Source: the human T2T-CHM13v2.0 reference genome, Homo sapiens
Assembly (NCBI RefSeq): GCF_009914755.1
Contig: NC_060942.1
Strand: one strand, 5' to 3'
Length of the DNA stretch: 64,000 nt
The position numbers and the translations under genes were made by a program. This document shows positions 30,971 to 48,990 of this stretch, piece by piece (position 1 is the stretch's first letter; each line of letters opens with the position of its first letter). Below the pieces are notes generated by a model. That model was not told the origin of the DNA, made no database searches, and saw nothing but the letters and a program-made list of their open reading frames with translations.

Positions 30971-31154
30971 GGCTGGGCTCAGTGGCTCACAGCTGTAATC
31001 CCAGCATTTTGGGAGGCTGAGGCAGGTGGACCACTTGAGCCCAGGAGTTCGACACCAGCCTGGCCAACATGGTGAAACCCCGTATCTACCAAAAATACAA
31101 AAATTAGCCAGTCTTATAAGCCAGTCTCAAAATAAATAAATAGGTAAAAATTAA
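30971..31154 (+). mobile_element. Short Alu: left arm + linker + ~19 nt + A-tail
   Basis: ...aaaattagccagtcttataagccagtctcaaaataaataaa; TSD-like aaaattcttttca / aaaatatttttca. Confidence 0.85.
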
Positions 31155-32265
31155 AAAATATTTTTCATAATATATTTTATTTGCGAAAGTTTTCTAAAGA
31201 ATATTTTACCTAATAAAACTTTTAATTTATAAGGCCCTTTTTCCACAGCAATTATTATTTGAAGTTGTATAGAGATAAATGACAGCTATATGGTATGTAA
31301 AACACACACACACACAAATCTGTGTGTTTGAGTTTTATTATTCTGTGTTCTGCTGTCTACATAGGGTTAACATTGATCACTTTTTTTTTTCTATCAGCAT
31401 AACTTTTTCTACCCATTTCTTTGCCCCTTCAAATCTGCTGTTTCCACTGGCTGTGAACTGAGGGAGTTATGCAGGAGAGCCAATTCTATGTCATAGAGCA
31501 GAACATTTTTTCTATTGAATTATGTTTCATTTATCTAACAAACATTTATGGATTATTATCTCTGCCAGACAGTGACATACACACATACGCTATTCACGTT
31601 TCCTGCATTCAGTGAACTATAATGTAATGTATTATATTATTATAGGTTATATACACACACAAACAAGTTTCAGTTATATAAAATAGACAGTTTCAAATGC
31701 TGTAGAGAACTATACATAGCAATACATTTGTGTGTGCTTATAAATTATCTATTTCTGAGGATCCACTTTCATTATTGGGTTGTGTTTCTTTTACATTTAT
31801 TTTTAAATGTATACACAATACCATTTTCACTGTTCAGTTCTATGAGTTTTGACAAATGCATAGTCATGCAAATGCCATCACAATCAAAATACAGAATCGT
31901 TTGATCACTGTTGAAAAAAATCCCCCTGGTGGCCCTTTGAAGTCAAACGCTTAATCCCTGGAAATCCCTGACTTGCTTGCCTTCATTCTGTTTTTTAATC
32001 TACAAGAAAGTCATAAAAATGGAGTCACATAACATGTAGCTAAACATGGAGCCTTTAGAATGTGGCTTCTTTCATAGGGTAGTGCATTTGAGATTCATTC
32101 ATGTTATGTGTCTACCAACGACCCTTCCCCCTTTGTGATTGATGAGTGGTATTCTCTACTTTATCTGGGTACCGGTTGATTCATCCTTTTCCCAGTCGAG
32201 AGACTTTGAAGATGTTCCCAGAGTTTGTGAATTGTGAGAAAGCTGCTATAAACATTCACCGTTAG

Positions 32266-32267
<2 letters not shown>

Positions 32268-32300
<33 letters not shown>
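32268..32300. repeat. (TG)n microsatellite
   Basis: Direct reading. Confidence 0.95.
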
Positions 32301-32302
<2 letters not shown>

Positions 32303-32685
32303 CACAGATTTTCCAATGTTCAAATCTGCTTCTGAATGAATATCTAGAAATAGGATTGCTGTGTGCATGGTGAATATATGTTTAACTTTGTGAGGAACTG
32401 CCCAGTGTGTTCTGGATGGACTCTGCCCTTTCACAGCCCTCCCAGTGATGCATGAGAGTTCTGTTTGCTGTGCATCCTTCGTAGTATCTGATACTGTCTG
32501 GATTTTTAAAAAATTTTAGCCATTCCCATAAACATGTTATCTTTTTCATTATAGCTTTAATTTACATTTTCTTAGTGACTAATGATTTTCAGACTATTTT
32601 GTATGTTTATTGTCATTTACATGTTTGTTTAATGAAATATCTACATCCTCGGAAAACTCACTTATTAGTTAAAAAAATAAATGTC

Positions 32686-32993
32686 GGCCGGGTGCGGCGG
32701 CTCACGCCTGTAATCTCAGCACTTTGGAGGCTGAGGTGGGCGGATCACGAAGTCAGGAGATCGAGACCATCCTGGCTAACACGGTGAAACCCCATCTTTA
32801 CTAAAAATACAAAAACGTTAGCTGGGTGTGGTGGCACATGCCTGTAGTCCCAGCTACTCAGGAGGCTGAGGCAGGAGAATTGCTTGAACCAGGGAGGTGG
32901 GCTTGCAGTGAGCTGAGATTGTGCCACTGCACTCCAGCCCTGGGCGACAGAGCGAGACTCCATCTCAAAAATAAATAAATAAAATAAATAAAT
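32686..32993 (+). mobile_element. AluSc8/AluY-like
   Basis: gagatcgagaccatcctggctaacacgg; TSD AAATAAAT(G/A)TC. Confidence 0.92.
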
Positions 32994-33965
32994 AAATAAA
33001 TATCATGGGATTTTTAATATAGACAATCATGTCATCTGTGAATATAGACAGTTTTCTTTCTTTAAGATTTTTGCTTTTATTCCTTTGCCTTGCCTTATGG
33101 CACTTGTTAGGACATCTAGTGCAATGTTGAATACAAGTGTTACGTGTGAATGTCTTTCTCCTTTTCTTCATTTTAGACCGTCCATTACGTATGAGATTAG
33201 AATTTCTTTGTAGATGCCTTTTGTTAGGTTAAGGAAGTTACCTTTATTCCTCCTAGTTTGCTTAAGTTTTACAAATTATTATTATGAATGAATAATAAAT
33301 TTTACCAAATACTTTTTCTTCATGTGTTGAGATGATTATGTAGCCTTGTCTACTGCAATCTTTTTAAATGGCAAGTTACACTTACTGATGTTCAAATGTT
33401 GAACCAGATACACATTTTTGGAAGAAATCTCACTTGGTGCGATGTACTCACCTTCTTATACATTGTTGTGTTTAATATTTGGTTGAACATGTTTATATTC
33501 ATGAGGGCTATTAGTTATAGGTTTCTTTTTATACAATTTTTTCCTGGTTTGGGGTTAGGGCACTTCTGGCATCATAAAAGAAGTTCAAGAGTATTCTTTT
33601 TTTCTTTTTAAGAGATTGTGTAAAATTTATATTATTTCTTTCTGAAATATTTGGTAGAATTTGCCAGTGAAACTATCTGGCCTTGAGTTTTCCTTGTCTA
33701 AAGGTTTTGCATTATAAATTCAATTTCTTAACAGGTCTAGGATTATTCAGATTATCTACTTCTTTTTCAGTGAGTTTTGGCACGATGTGTCTTACTTTTC
33801 AGAAAACTTTTATTTTAGATTCAGGGGTACACGTGCGGGTTTGTTATACAGGTAAACTTGTGTCACGCAGGTTTGTTCTTCATTTTTATGACTGCATAGT
33901 ATTCCGTGGTGTATATGTACCATATTTTCTTCATCCATTCTACTATTGATGGGAATTTAGGTTGA

Positions 33966-34300
<335 letters not shown>

Positions 34301-35118
34301 GTGCTTGTTTTCATGACAGAACAAATTGTATTCCTTTGGGTACATACCCAGTAATGGGATTGCTGGATTGAATAGTAGTTCTGTTTTTAGCTATTTGAGG
34401 AATTCCTACAGTGCTTTCCACAATGGTTGAACTAATTTACAATTAATTTATAACTAATTTACAATGAATGTACTAACTGTGAATTAGTTCAACCCACCAA
34501 TAGCATATAAATGTTCTCTTTTTCTACAACCTTGCCAGCATCTATTATTTTTGACTGTTTAGTAATAGCCATTCTTAATGGTGTGAGATGGTATCTCATT
34601 GTGTTTTGATTTGCATTTCTCTAACGATCAGTGATGTTGAGCTTTTTTTCATATGCTTGTTGGCTGCCTGTAGGTCTTCTTTTGTAAAGCGTCTGTTCAT
34701 GTCCTTTGCCCACTTTTTAAATGGGTTGTTAGTTTTTTTTCTTGTAAATTTGTTTAAGTTCCTTATAGATGCTGAATATTAAAGCTTTGTAAGATACATA
34801 GTTTGTAAATATCTTCTCCCATTCTGTAGGTTTTCTTTTCACTCTGTTGATATTTTCTTATGCTGCAAAGAAGCTCTTAAGTTTAATTAGATCCCATCTG
34901 TGAATTTTTGTTTTTATTGCAATTTCTTTTGGCGTCTTCATCATGAAATCTTTGCCAGTTCCTGTGTCCAGATTGGTATTGCCTAGGTTGTTTCCCAGGA
35001 TTTTTATAGTTTTTGTTTTATGTTTGAGTATTTAATCCATCTTGAATTGATTTTTATATGGTATAAGGAAGGGGTCCAGTTTCAATCTTCTGCATATGGC
35101 CATTGATTGTTTTTGTCA

Positions 35119-35670
<552 letters not shown>

Positions 35671-35985
35671 CTATTTGTTTGTGTCATCTTGGATTTATTT
35701 GAGCAGTGTTTTGTAATTCTCGTTGTAGAGACCTTTCACCTCCCTGGTTTGCTGTATTCCTAGGAATTTTATTATTTTCATGATTATGTGTCTTTCAATG
35801 TATTATTCTATTTTATCTAAGTTGTAAAATTTATGGGCACATAATTGTTCATAGTATTTTTTTGCAATCCATTTTATGTCTGTAGCATTTGTAGAGACAT
35901 TCTTTATTCATTTTTGATATTGCTAATTGGCATCTCCCTTCTTTTTTGGTAATTTTAACTAGTGATTTATCATTTTTCTGATCTT

Positions 35986-40084
<4,099 letters not shown>

Positions 40085-41930
40085 TCTTTTTAAAGAACCA
40101 GCTTTTGGTTTCATCAATTTTTTTCCCATTGTTTTTCTGTTTCAAATTTTATTGATTTCGGTTCTTATCTTTATTATTTAACTCTTCTGCTTACTGTGGG
40201 TCTGTTTTTTTTCCTTTAAAAAAAAGAAAATCTACTTAAACTTTGAGAAATGTATTTACTTTCCCACATCAACAATTATGGATTATCAAGTCATAATTAT
40301 AAATGGCTAAGTCTTATACTTCCTCCGGAAAATATAGCACTATTCAGTGCTACGGATCCTATAGAGAATTTCAATCCTTGGTCATAGTGTTAATAGCTCT
40401 TGGCTTCACAGCCCCATGAGCCCGCATTGAAATGTCCTTTATTTTTTCTAGTTTCTTAAAGTGGAAACTCTGTGATTGAGTTTAGATCTTTTAATTTTCT
40501 AATTAAATATTTAATGCTCAAGTTTCCCTGTAAGCGCTATTTTAGCAAGGATTTTCATATGTTATTTCAGCATTTCATTCAGTTTAAAAAATATTTTTCA
40601 AAAATTTCTGTCAATCTGTTCTTTGGTCCCTTGGTTATTTAGAAGTGTGCTTTTGATTTCCAGGTACTCGGGGATTTAAAAATGTGTTTTCTGGGTTTTT
40701 TTTAACTTTTAGTTCTAATAGTTTTTCCTTCGTGTATGTTGGAGCTCTGTTAGGTGTATGCTCATTTAAGATTCTTACGTTTTCTTGATTACTTTATCCT
40801 TTTTTTGGTATAAAATAACTTTTATTTACATAATTTATATGTATACATATATATAACATAACTGATTTCTTTAGAACAAGAAAATTTATAAATGACATGA
40901 TTTTTTTTTTGTCAAAGACTTCTTCAAGCAAGAGAGTACACATGCCACTTCTGTTTCAAATAACATGATGGTAAACAATGGATATTAATATTTTTGTCGT
41001 GCCTCAACCATTTACCAACAATTAGGCGTCAAACCCGCATGCTGATCACTTGCTAATGCATAAGTGTTCAGGAGAAAAAATCAAGAACAGATAAAAACCT
41101 GTAATCATATCTCCTTTAAGATTTATGAAATAAATTCTTTGCAACATCTTCTTTACATGAATCAGGCCTAACATAGTTCTTGCCACCATGTAAGGTGAAT
41201 ACACTGATTAACTTTCTCTTTTCCAAAATTAGGTTTAAGGATATAATGGTAGGATAATTTAGCCGGCTGACTTGATTCTCTAGTACAATGAGTCCCTGTA
41301 TTCTTTATATAGCAAGAAATTCTATCTTCCATAAAACTAGTTTATTATAGATTAAAAAGAGACAGTTGTTAAAGTTAAAAATTATTATTACACAAGGATA
41401 AATAATACTTTAATCATGGCAATCTAACTCCCAAACTAACATTAAGAGAAAGAAATCTCTTCAGAATATGAGTTTTAAAAACTTACAAAAACAGGGTATT
41501 AAAATAGCAATGTGATTTACTGCCATGATTTCTCTGACATATTAATCACGAAATAAATGCCTACTTGTAGACAGTTTCCACTCAGAATCATATAGCCTCC
41601 TCTCTGACAAAATGATAAGCCGTGAATTTCACTAAAAGACAATGAGAAAGAAGTGCTCTAACAGCAGTAGTTTCAATAAATTAGCATTACTATTATACCT
41701 GCTGAGACATAATTCTCTTCTATTAAGGAATTTAAAAACTGGCCACCATTTTTTCCATATACAAACGTAATTATCTAGACTCTAAAATATCTTCCTAATT
41801 GAAATACTGATCATTACATAATACAATGAACACAGTTCTAACTTTTAGGCACAACTCGTAACTTCAGTGACAAATAACTCTTACATACAGACATCAGCAC
41901 CTTAGGGTAAGAAAATTTGGGGTCTAATAT

Positions 41931-42083
41931 AGCAGTCAAACTAAAAGGCCAATCCAGCCACAGTCCTTCATTCAAATACTGTCTATGGCTTCTTTCACAC
42001 TGAAATTGCAGAGCTGAGTAGCTGCCAGATAGACCATCTGGCCTGCAAACCCAAAATAGTTTGCAGAAAGTTTCCAACTGCTG
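41931..42083 (+). mobile_element. MER58A-like fragment inside the retrocopy 3'UTR
   Basis: tactgtctatggcttctttcac...gcagagctgagtagctgc...ggcctgcaaacccaaaata. Confidence 0.75.
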
Positions 42084-42258
42084 AGCTAATATATTACCAA
42101 TCTAAGAGGCTTTTCAAACAAAATCAGAGTAAATTTGCTTTTTGAGAAGTCTAATGGGAACCACTACAGATCTGCTTGGGTAGATCATAGAATTACATGT
42201 GTCAGTCATCAAATCTGGAAATTAAAACCTTAAATTCATATTGATGATAATCACTAAC

Positions 42259-42514
42259 TTTATTTTTATTTTTTTATTATTATACTTTAAGTTCTAGGGT
42301 ACATGTGCACAACGGGCAGGTTTGTTACATATGTATACATGTGCCGTGTTGGTGTGCTGCACCCATTAACTGGTCATTTACATTAGGTATTTCTCCTAAT
42401 GCTATCCCTACCCCCTCCCCCTCACCCCACGTCAGGCCTCGCTGTGTGATGTTCCCCACCGTGTGTCCAAGTGTTCTCACTGTTCAATTCCCACCTATGA
42501 GTGAGAACATGTGG
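42259..42514 (-). mobile_element. Short L1PA5/6-like 3' end inside the retrocopy 3'UTR
   Basis: ttattatactttaagttctagggtacatgtgcac...cccacctatgagtgagaacatgtgg. Confidence 0.92.
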
Positions 42515-43152
42515 TAAGTCTTATTTTCTATTTTTAACATCACGATTGTGTTCCATGCTTAAAGATCTAAGTGTTTCTTGAGAATTTAATGGTAAAAACA
42601 CTATGAAGAAATTGGCTTTTAAAAACTAATATATGTCTGTGTGTGTATAAAGGAGATTGCATTTTCTATGAAAATTTGTCTCATAAAGTTGAGTTTCCCC
42701 TACCCTCATGAAAATCCTGAGAATATCCCAGAAATAAGAAAAACAGAAAAATTCACAGTACAAAGTCAATACACTAATCTGAGGGAAAAAAGATATTCCA
42801 AACACATACTAGCCAAACATTTTTAGTTATATCATTTTAAATATATTTAAAATTAAAGAGAAAAAGGAGACAAACATAAAATTGTTAATGCCTTCTTCAT
42901 CTATAATCTGAGGGGTGAAAATAGCTAAAACTGAATATCCTTTCAAATAAAAAATGTAAAAATAAATAAGCTCTTTGTTGTGTCATCTTTATAAATAATT
43001 ATGTTTAAATACTAGTTTTTCAATTAGGACTAATGTTACATCACCATAAACTGAAAAAATATGTATTTTTCAGTCAGACAAACAGCTGATAATAGAAAAG
43101 TTCTTTAACATTTACCCTACGAAAGCGGAGTTTGACAATTTGTTTTCATGTA

Positions 43153-43537
43153 CAGTCATGTGTCCCTTAATTATATGTTCTAAGAAATGCCTTGTTAGGT
43201 GATCTTGTGTGGAACGACGCAGAGTGTACTTACAAACACGGTGATGTACAGACTGCTACACACCCTACAGTCCGAGGCTATGCGGTATAGCCTATTGCCC
43301 CTTGGCTACAAACCTCTATAGCATGTTACTATGCTTAATACTGTAGGCAGTTGTAACACAATAGGAAGTATCCGTGTATCTAAACATGTCTAAACATAAA
43401 AGAGCAACGCACTGTGTTATGATGGATATAATGTCACTAGATGATAGGAATTTTTTATCTCCATTTTAATTGTATGGGACCGCTGTCATATATGTGGTCC
43501 GTCATTGACTTAAACATCATTATGCGAAAAATGACTG
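43153..43537. mobile_element. TcMar-Tigger MITE (MER47A/Tigger3-like)
   Basis: TIRs CAGTCAT...ATGACTG flanked by TA on both sides. Confidence 0.85.
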
Positions 43538-45996
43538 TACTTAGAAGCAACTGAAATGGCCTTCATCCTTCATCATCTTCCTCTAAACGTAAAAATAAAA
43601 AAATCTTCACAAAGGAAGTTTCTAAACATTAAATATGATACAATCAACCCCCAAATCTGTGTGCACTGCAGTTCATAGAGAGACATACATCCACAACATT
43701 CCCAAATGTCCATGTGTGCTTAGCGCAGGAAGAGTCAAAATGTGAACAAGAGCTGTTATTTCTGTCTGAGAAAGCAGTCTTAATTGCTTGCTATTTGCAA
43801 AATGCTAAATCAATCAGAATGAAAGGAACCTCAGAAATGTTTTCCACTGATTACAAAAGCTTCAAATCAAGCTCATTAAATATTCAAAATCAACCTAAAG
43901 AAAAATAGACAGCGATGTTTTGCTCTAAATACTGTTTTGTTGATGTAATTGACTCTGGAAATCCTAGATTTAATTTAAAAAAGAAAAAGACAAAAGATTG
44001 TTTTATTCTGTTTCATCCACTTTAATGAAGACATCATTGAAGAAATATTCAGAGACTGTGGTTGGCTTCCATTTAGGGGCCCGCTTTTGGCCACTTTTAT
44101 GTCCTTTCAGCAAGGGCTGATCACAAAAAAATTGGTTGCTGAGTTGCTAATATTCTCAGATTGAGTATTAATAACACTTGGAGATGCAAGCGGATCAGAG
44201 GACTCTTGCTTCTTTTCTGGCTTTCATTGGATGGATTGAATCTTTTCAGATTCTGTCTTAATGCAGGGATAAGAGGCTTTAGGCGATTCTTACTATGGAC
44301 CTGAGTAGGTCTGTCAGACTCCAAACTATTCTTTGAACATATGAAAGATAAAAATCCCAGGGATCTTCTGCCAGGTCTGGATAGTGGGCTTTTGAAGATG
44401 GTGTTCTGCTGTCCATTTGCTCAGACTTAGGAGCAGCAACAGTTCTTTCTTCCTTATCAGACACAATCATTTCATTCTGAGGTAACCGAGGCACATTCTT
44501 GTCCATGCATGTATCGGGAGATCTAGATCCTGTACTCTGAAAAGTTGGTTCGACTTGCACTTTTTGAGGTTCTGGAGTTGTCAATGTGCTTCCTGAGGTA
44601 GGAAAAATATCTTGTCCCTTGTGAGACTCCCCTGTTTCCTCAAAAACATTTGTTAATTCCTTTGAGCGCACCTCAGAGGTCTATGCTTGACAATCATCTC
44701 TTAAAGTGAGTGAACAGTTTTTGGCAGGAGGAACGTGGTCATTTTCACCAAGCCTGCAAAGAAATCTCTTCCTAGATACAAGATCCAAATTATCAGAAAG
44801 CTTTTTAGAAGAGCTATCTCTTACAGAAATGGATAAACCCATGTCATCTTGACCAACTGAAGTTGCTGGTAAACACTCATGCCACCCCTTTCTTCAGTAT
44901 TCATTGATTTGACCAATATGGAAGCTGGCAGTAAAGGGTTTGGCATTAACTGTGCAGTGGCTTCGGTTATTTCTTCTACTCTCCATTAGTTTAATGGAGA
45001 AAGTAAAGGAGATTGGTTGGGATTTCCACCAGAGTTAAAATAAATGCTTTTTCATCTTCTCCATCTCGAGGTACAGTAGCAACTAGAGTCACTGTTAGGT
45101 CTTGAGGACTGATTATATTTTCTTGTTGGACTTCTGGAATACTTCTTGGTGTTTACCCTGGCACAGGAAGTGTAAGCACGTTGTCTCCTTTAGAGGCCTT
45201 CATCTGGGGCACTGCAACAAGATTTTCACCAGACCCCTCTCCAAACCAAGTGTGCGGGGCCCTGTCTCAGAGGAAGAAATTGGAGCAACTGACAACATGT
45301 GAGCCTCTTGAGAGCTCTCTTCTTGATTCTTATTTCTCTCAGTTAGGTTTACTTCTTGAGAAATACTGGTCCCTTTGATACCATGTATGCGTGCCAATTT
45401 GCTCTGTTCTTTATTCTCTGCTGTTGTAACTGGTCAGAGGTTTTTATCTTCCAATTCTGTTGCTTTGGAAGCATTTGTCTCTGTTTCCCTTTGAGTTTCC
45501 AGTTCTTCCCCTTTGGTTACACAGAAACTGGAAACTTCCTGTTAATCATCAAACCTGTTGGTCCCTAAAATCTTCTCAAGATTTGGTTTAGGCTTGGCAA
45601 ATCTACTTCTTATTCTCAAATTACTGGTCACTTTAGAAGTTGTATTCCTGGTTAGTGTAGCATTCTCCTTTACTTTCTCCATTAAACTAATTTCTTCTCT
45701 GGAACTTTGTTCCTCCAATACAATCTTGTTTTCTTCAAATGATGAGGGAGATGTCATAATGACAGGTGAAGAGAGCTCCTGACATTCATGAACAATTTTG
45801 TGTTTTATATTATCTAGGCTAAAAGGAATATTGGCTTTTATTCTTTGAATGAACATGAGGAAGTATACATACTCCTACATCACCCTGTTCAGTACTGATT
45901 TCTGACTTTAATACTAGATCTCCCATTGTAAGTAAAGTTATTGCAGCTTCGGTGCTTCCATCGTTGGTACCTGGTCCATCTTGGATATGTTCACCT

Positions 45997-46020
45997 GTGT
46001 GTGTGTGTGTGTGTGTGTGT
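45997..46020. repeat. (GT)n at the 5' junction of the BDP1 retrocopy
   Basis: Direct reading. Confidence 0.95.
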
Positions 46021-46704
46021 TTTATCCCTGGTAACTTTTTTGTTCTAAACTTGATTTGTTTTTATATTAATAGTGACACTCTAGTTTTCTTTTGCATTGT
46101 GGATACTTGTCCTTCCATTTACTTTTAATATACCTATACCGTTATACTTAAGGTAATTTTTCTTAAGAGAGAATACAGTTGGATCTTGTTTTTTTTTTAA
46201 GTAAACCCAGCAATTTCTGTCTTTTAGTGTGTTTAGATCACTTAATTTAATTATTGAAATGAATGTGTTTAGACCTACCATTTTATTATTTTATTTTTAT
46301 TCTTTTTTATTTTTCTGACCTCCTTTCCTTGCTTTCTTTTTTATTATTTGAACCTTTACATGTATATGTATTTTCCTGTTGGTTCTTTTTTTCTGGGGAT
46401 CTCTGACTAATTCATTTTTTTTTCTTTTTTCAACATCAGTTTTGCTTTCAAAGCCTTTGCTCTGTTGTTTAGCAATATTTTCAGAGTTTTAGCCACTGTC
46501 CTTGGCACACAGTGCTGTTGACTGGTCCTACCTGCAGGGTGAAGCAAGGAGAGAAAATAAATAGAAAAAAAAGGATTTTTATCCTCCTCAATCTGTATAC
46601 AACTGGAGCTTCCTTTTATGGTTCTTCTCTTTAATGGATAGATTTTCTATTATGGTTTATATGTAGTGCAGCTCTGTAACTGAGGCAGCCCTCATGGCAG
46701 TCCT

Positions 46705-46765
46705 GGAGAGAGAGAGACAGAGAGGGAGAGAGAGAAAGAGAGACAGAGGGAGAGAGAGAGAGAGG
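46705..46765. repeat. GA-rich simple repeat
   Basis: Direct reading. Confidence 0.85.
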
Positions 46766-46832
46766 AAAAATAATTTCTCCCATTCTCTGGAGGCCCATTG
46801 TCCCAGTTCTTTGTTGCTAAGGGCACTCTTTT

Positions 46833-47035
46833 TTTTTTTTTTTATCATTATTATACTTTAAGTTCTAGGGTACATGTCCACAATGTGCAGGTTTGTTACA
46901 TATGTATCCATGGGCCATGTTGGTGTGCTGCACCCATTAACTCGTCATTTACATTAGGTACATCTCCTAATGCTATCCCTCCCCACTCCCCCCACCTCAT
47001 GACAGGCTCTGGTGTGTGATGTTCCCCTTCCTGTG
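46833..47035 (-). mobile_element. Short L1PA (PA4-6-like) 3' end
   Basis: Poly-T + 3'UTR; TSD AAGG(G/A)CACTCTTTT at 46819-46832 and 47036-47049. Confidence 0.92.
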
Positions 47036-48164
47036 AAGGACACTCTTTTCTTAAGATTTTGTTGTCCATTTGTATTGTTCAGTGGCCTGCCTTAGCTACC
47101 CTAGGCTTGGGTCAAAGCTGGAGATAAAAACACAAAGCAAACAAAACAAAACAGAAAAAAAACAAGAAATGAACTGTGGTCTGCTTGCTGTTATTTTTGA
47201 TATATCAGTATTTGTATTTTGTTTGTGGTTTTTGGTTGCACTTTGTGGTATCCATAGTTTGCAGTGAGTTACCCCATTTTGGGTGGAGTTAGAAACTTGA
47301 ATCCTTTATTTTTTAAAAATTATTTAGCAATTTGGGATTATTTCACAACTCTAAAGCAATGAATCATTGAAATTATTTCTGAATCTTTAGTGACACCTTA
47401 CTTCTAAGGAAAATCCATGAAATGTGTTAAGTGTAGAATGAGGAAATTTTGTTTTCAGTTTTTATGACATCACCAATGTAATAATTTTCCAAAACAAAGA
47501 AACACCGTATTTCTTACATTTGAAAATTGTTTTCTCTGACTACAATAAAATGATAGATAAATCAGTGTGAATACAAGTAATTAATGCCTTTAGAGAGATG
47601 AACAAGGAACAACTACTTGGCTGGAAAGCTCTTGTTGAGTGGATGGCTGCTATTAGCACAGAGGCTGAAGATGCTTAGTTTACATGTATTCTTTTCCTTC
47701 TGTTCTAATAAATGCCACAAAACAATATTAAGTAGCATAATCTACTAGTGCAGTATGGAACATACATCTTGTGGAAATACATTGCCCAAAGGAGGCATTA
47801 TATGGTCCATAAAATAAAATAAAACGAAACAATAAAAGAGAAACAACTAATGATTTCACATCTGAACTACAGTGTTTTCTGTCTTTAAGGCTAATATAGA
47901 GTTTTATGATGATAATTTTCAGACCATTATATATATTTTCATGTATATTTATAATAAATAGTAGTGCTAAAAGCCCTTTTACATACAGTGGGTTAAATTA
48001 GGTTTAATGTATATTCCAGAAACAAGGTAATAAAATGAGTTCATTCCAGACCCCCTATAAAATCAGTGATATAGCATCTTACCTCATGATCAAACCTGGC
48101 AACAGAGAGCCTAGCCCTAAAACACACAAGGAGATTCTTTTAACAAACAACAGTGCTTGCCTTT

Positions 48165-48990
48165 TAAAAATACATAATTTCAACTTTTATTTTAGATACA
48201 GGGGGTTGTGTAGGTTTGTTACATGGGTATATGACGTGATGCTGAGGTTTGGGGTACAAATGATCCTGTCACCCAGGCAGTGAGTACAGTACCCAAGAGG
48301 TAGTTTTTAAACCCATCCCCCACTCCTTTCCTCTCTTCTCTAGAAGTCTGCAGTGTCTGCTGTTCTCAGCTTTATGTCCCTGTGTGCTCAATGTTTATCT
48401 CCCACTTATAAGTGAGAACATGTGGTATTTGGTTTTCTGTCCTGCATTCATTATTTTAGGGTTATGGCTTCCACCTACATCCATGTTGCTGCAAAGAACA
48501 TGATTTCATTCTTTTCATGGCTGTGTAGTATTCCATGATGTATAAGTACCATATTTTCTTTACTCAGTCCACTATTGATGATGGGCACCTAGGCTGATTC
48601 TGTATCTTTGCTATTGTAAATAATTCTGTGATGAACATGGAGAATCTTGTCTTTTTGGTAAAATGATTTATTTTCTTTTGGATATATACCCAGTAATGGA
48701 ATTTCTGGCTTGAATAGTAGCTCTGTTTTAGTTATTTGATAAATCTCCAAACTGCTTTCCACAGTGGCTGAACTAACTTACAGTGTGTAAGCATTTCCTT
48801 TTCTCTGCAGCCTTGCAAGCATCCGTTACTATTTGACCTTTTAATAATAGCCATTCTGTCTGGTGTGAGATGATATCTCATGGTGGTTTTGATTTGCATT
48901 TCTCTGGGCATTAGTTACGATGAACATTTTTTCATATGTTTGTTGGCTGCTTGTATTTCTTCTTTTGAGAAGTGTCTGCTTATGACCTTT
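48165..48990 (-). mobile_element. Older L1PA (PA13-16-like) 3' fragment
   Basis: tttcaacttttattttagatacagggg...gtctgcttatgacc. Confidence 0.85.

Larger units (their letters stand above)
40800..45998 (-). pseudogene. BDP1P: Processed, 5'-truncated pseudogene of BDP1 (TFIIIB subunit B double prime 1)
   Basis: ORF pieces HKIVHECQELSSPV...EEQSSREEISLMEKVKEN and KELTNVFEETGESHKGQDIF plus terminal SEYFFNDVFIKVDETE* (TAA 44003-44005) match the recalled BDP1 C-terminus; no introns; many stops/frameshifts; ~3.2-kb 3' region; AATAAA at 40821-40826 and A7 at 40800-40806 on minus. Confidence 0.92.

Noticed and set aside
44279-45856. BDP1-like ORFs as a functional retrogene
   Set aside because: Frame broken by several stops, frameshifts and an insertion; 5' truncated
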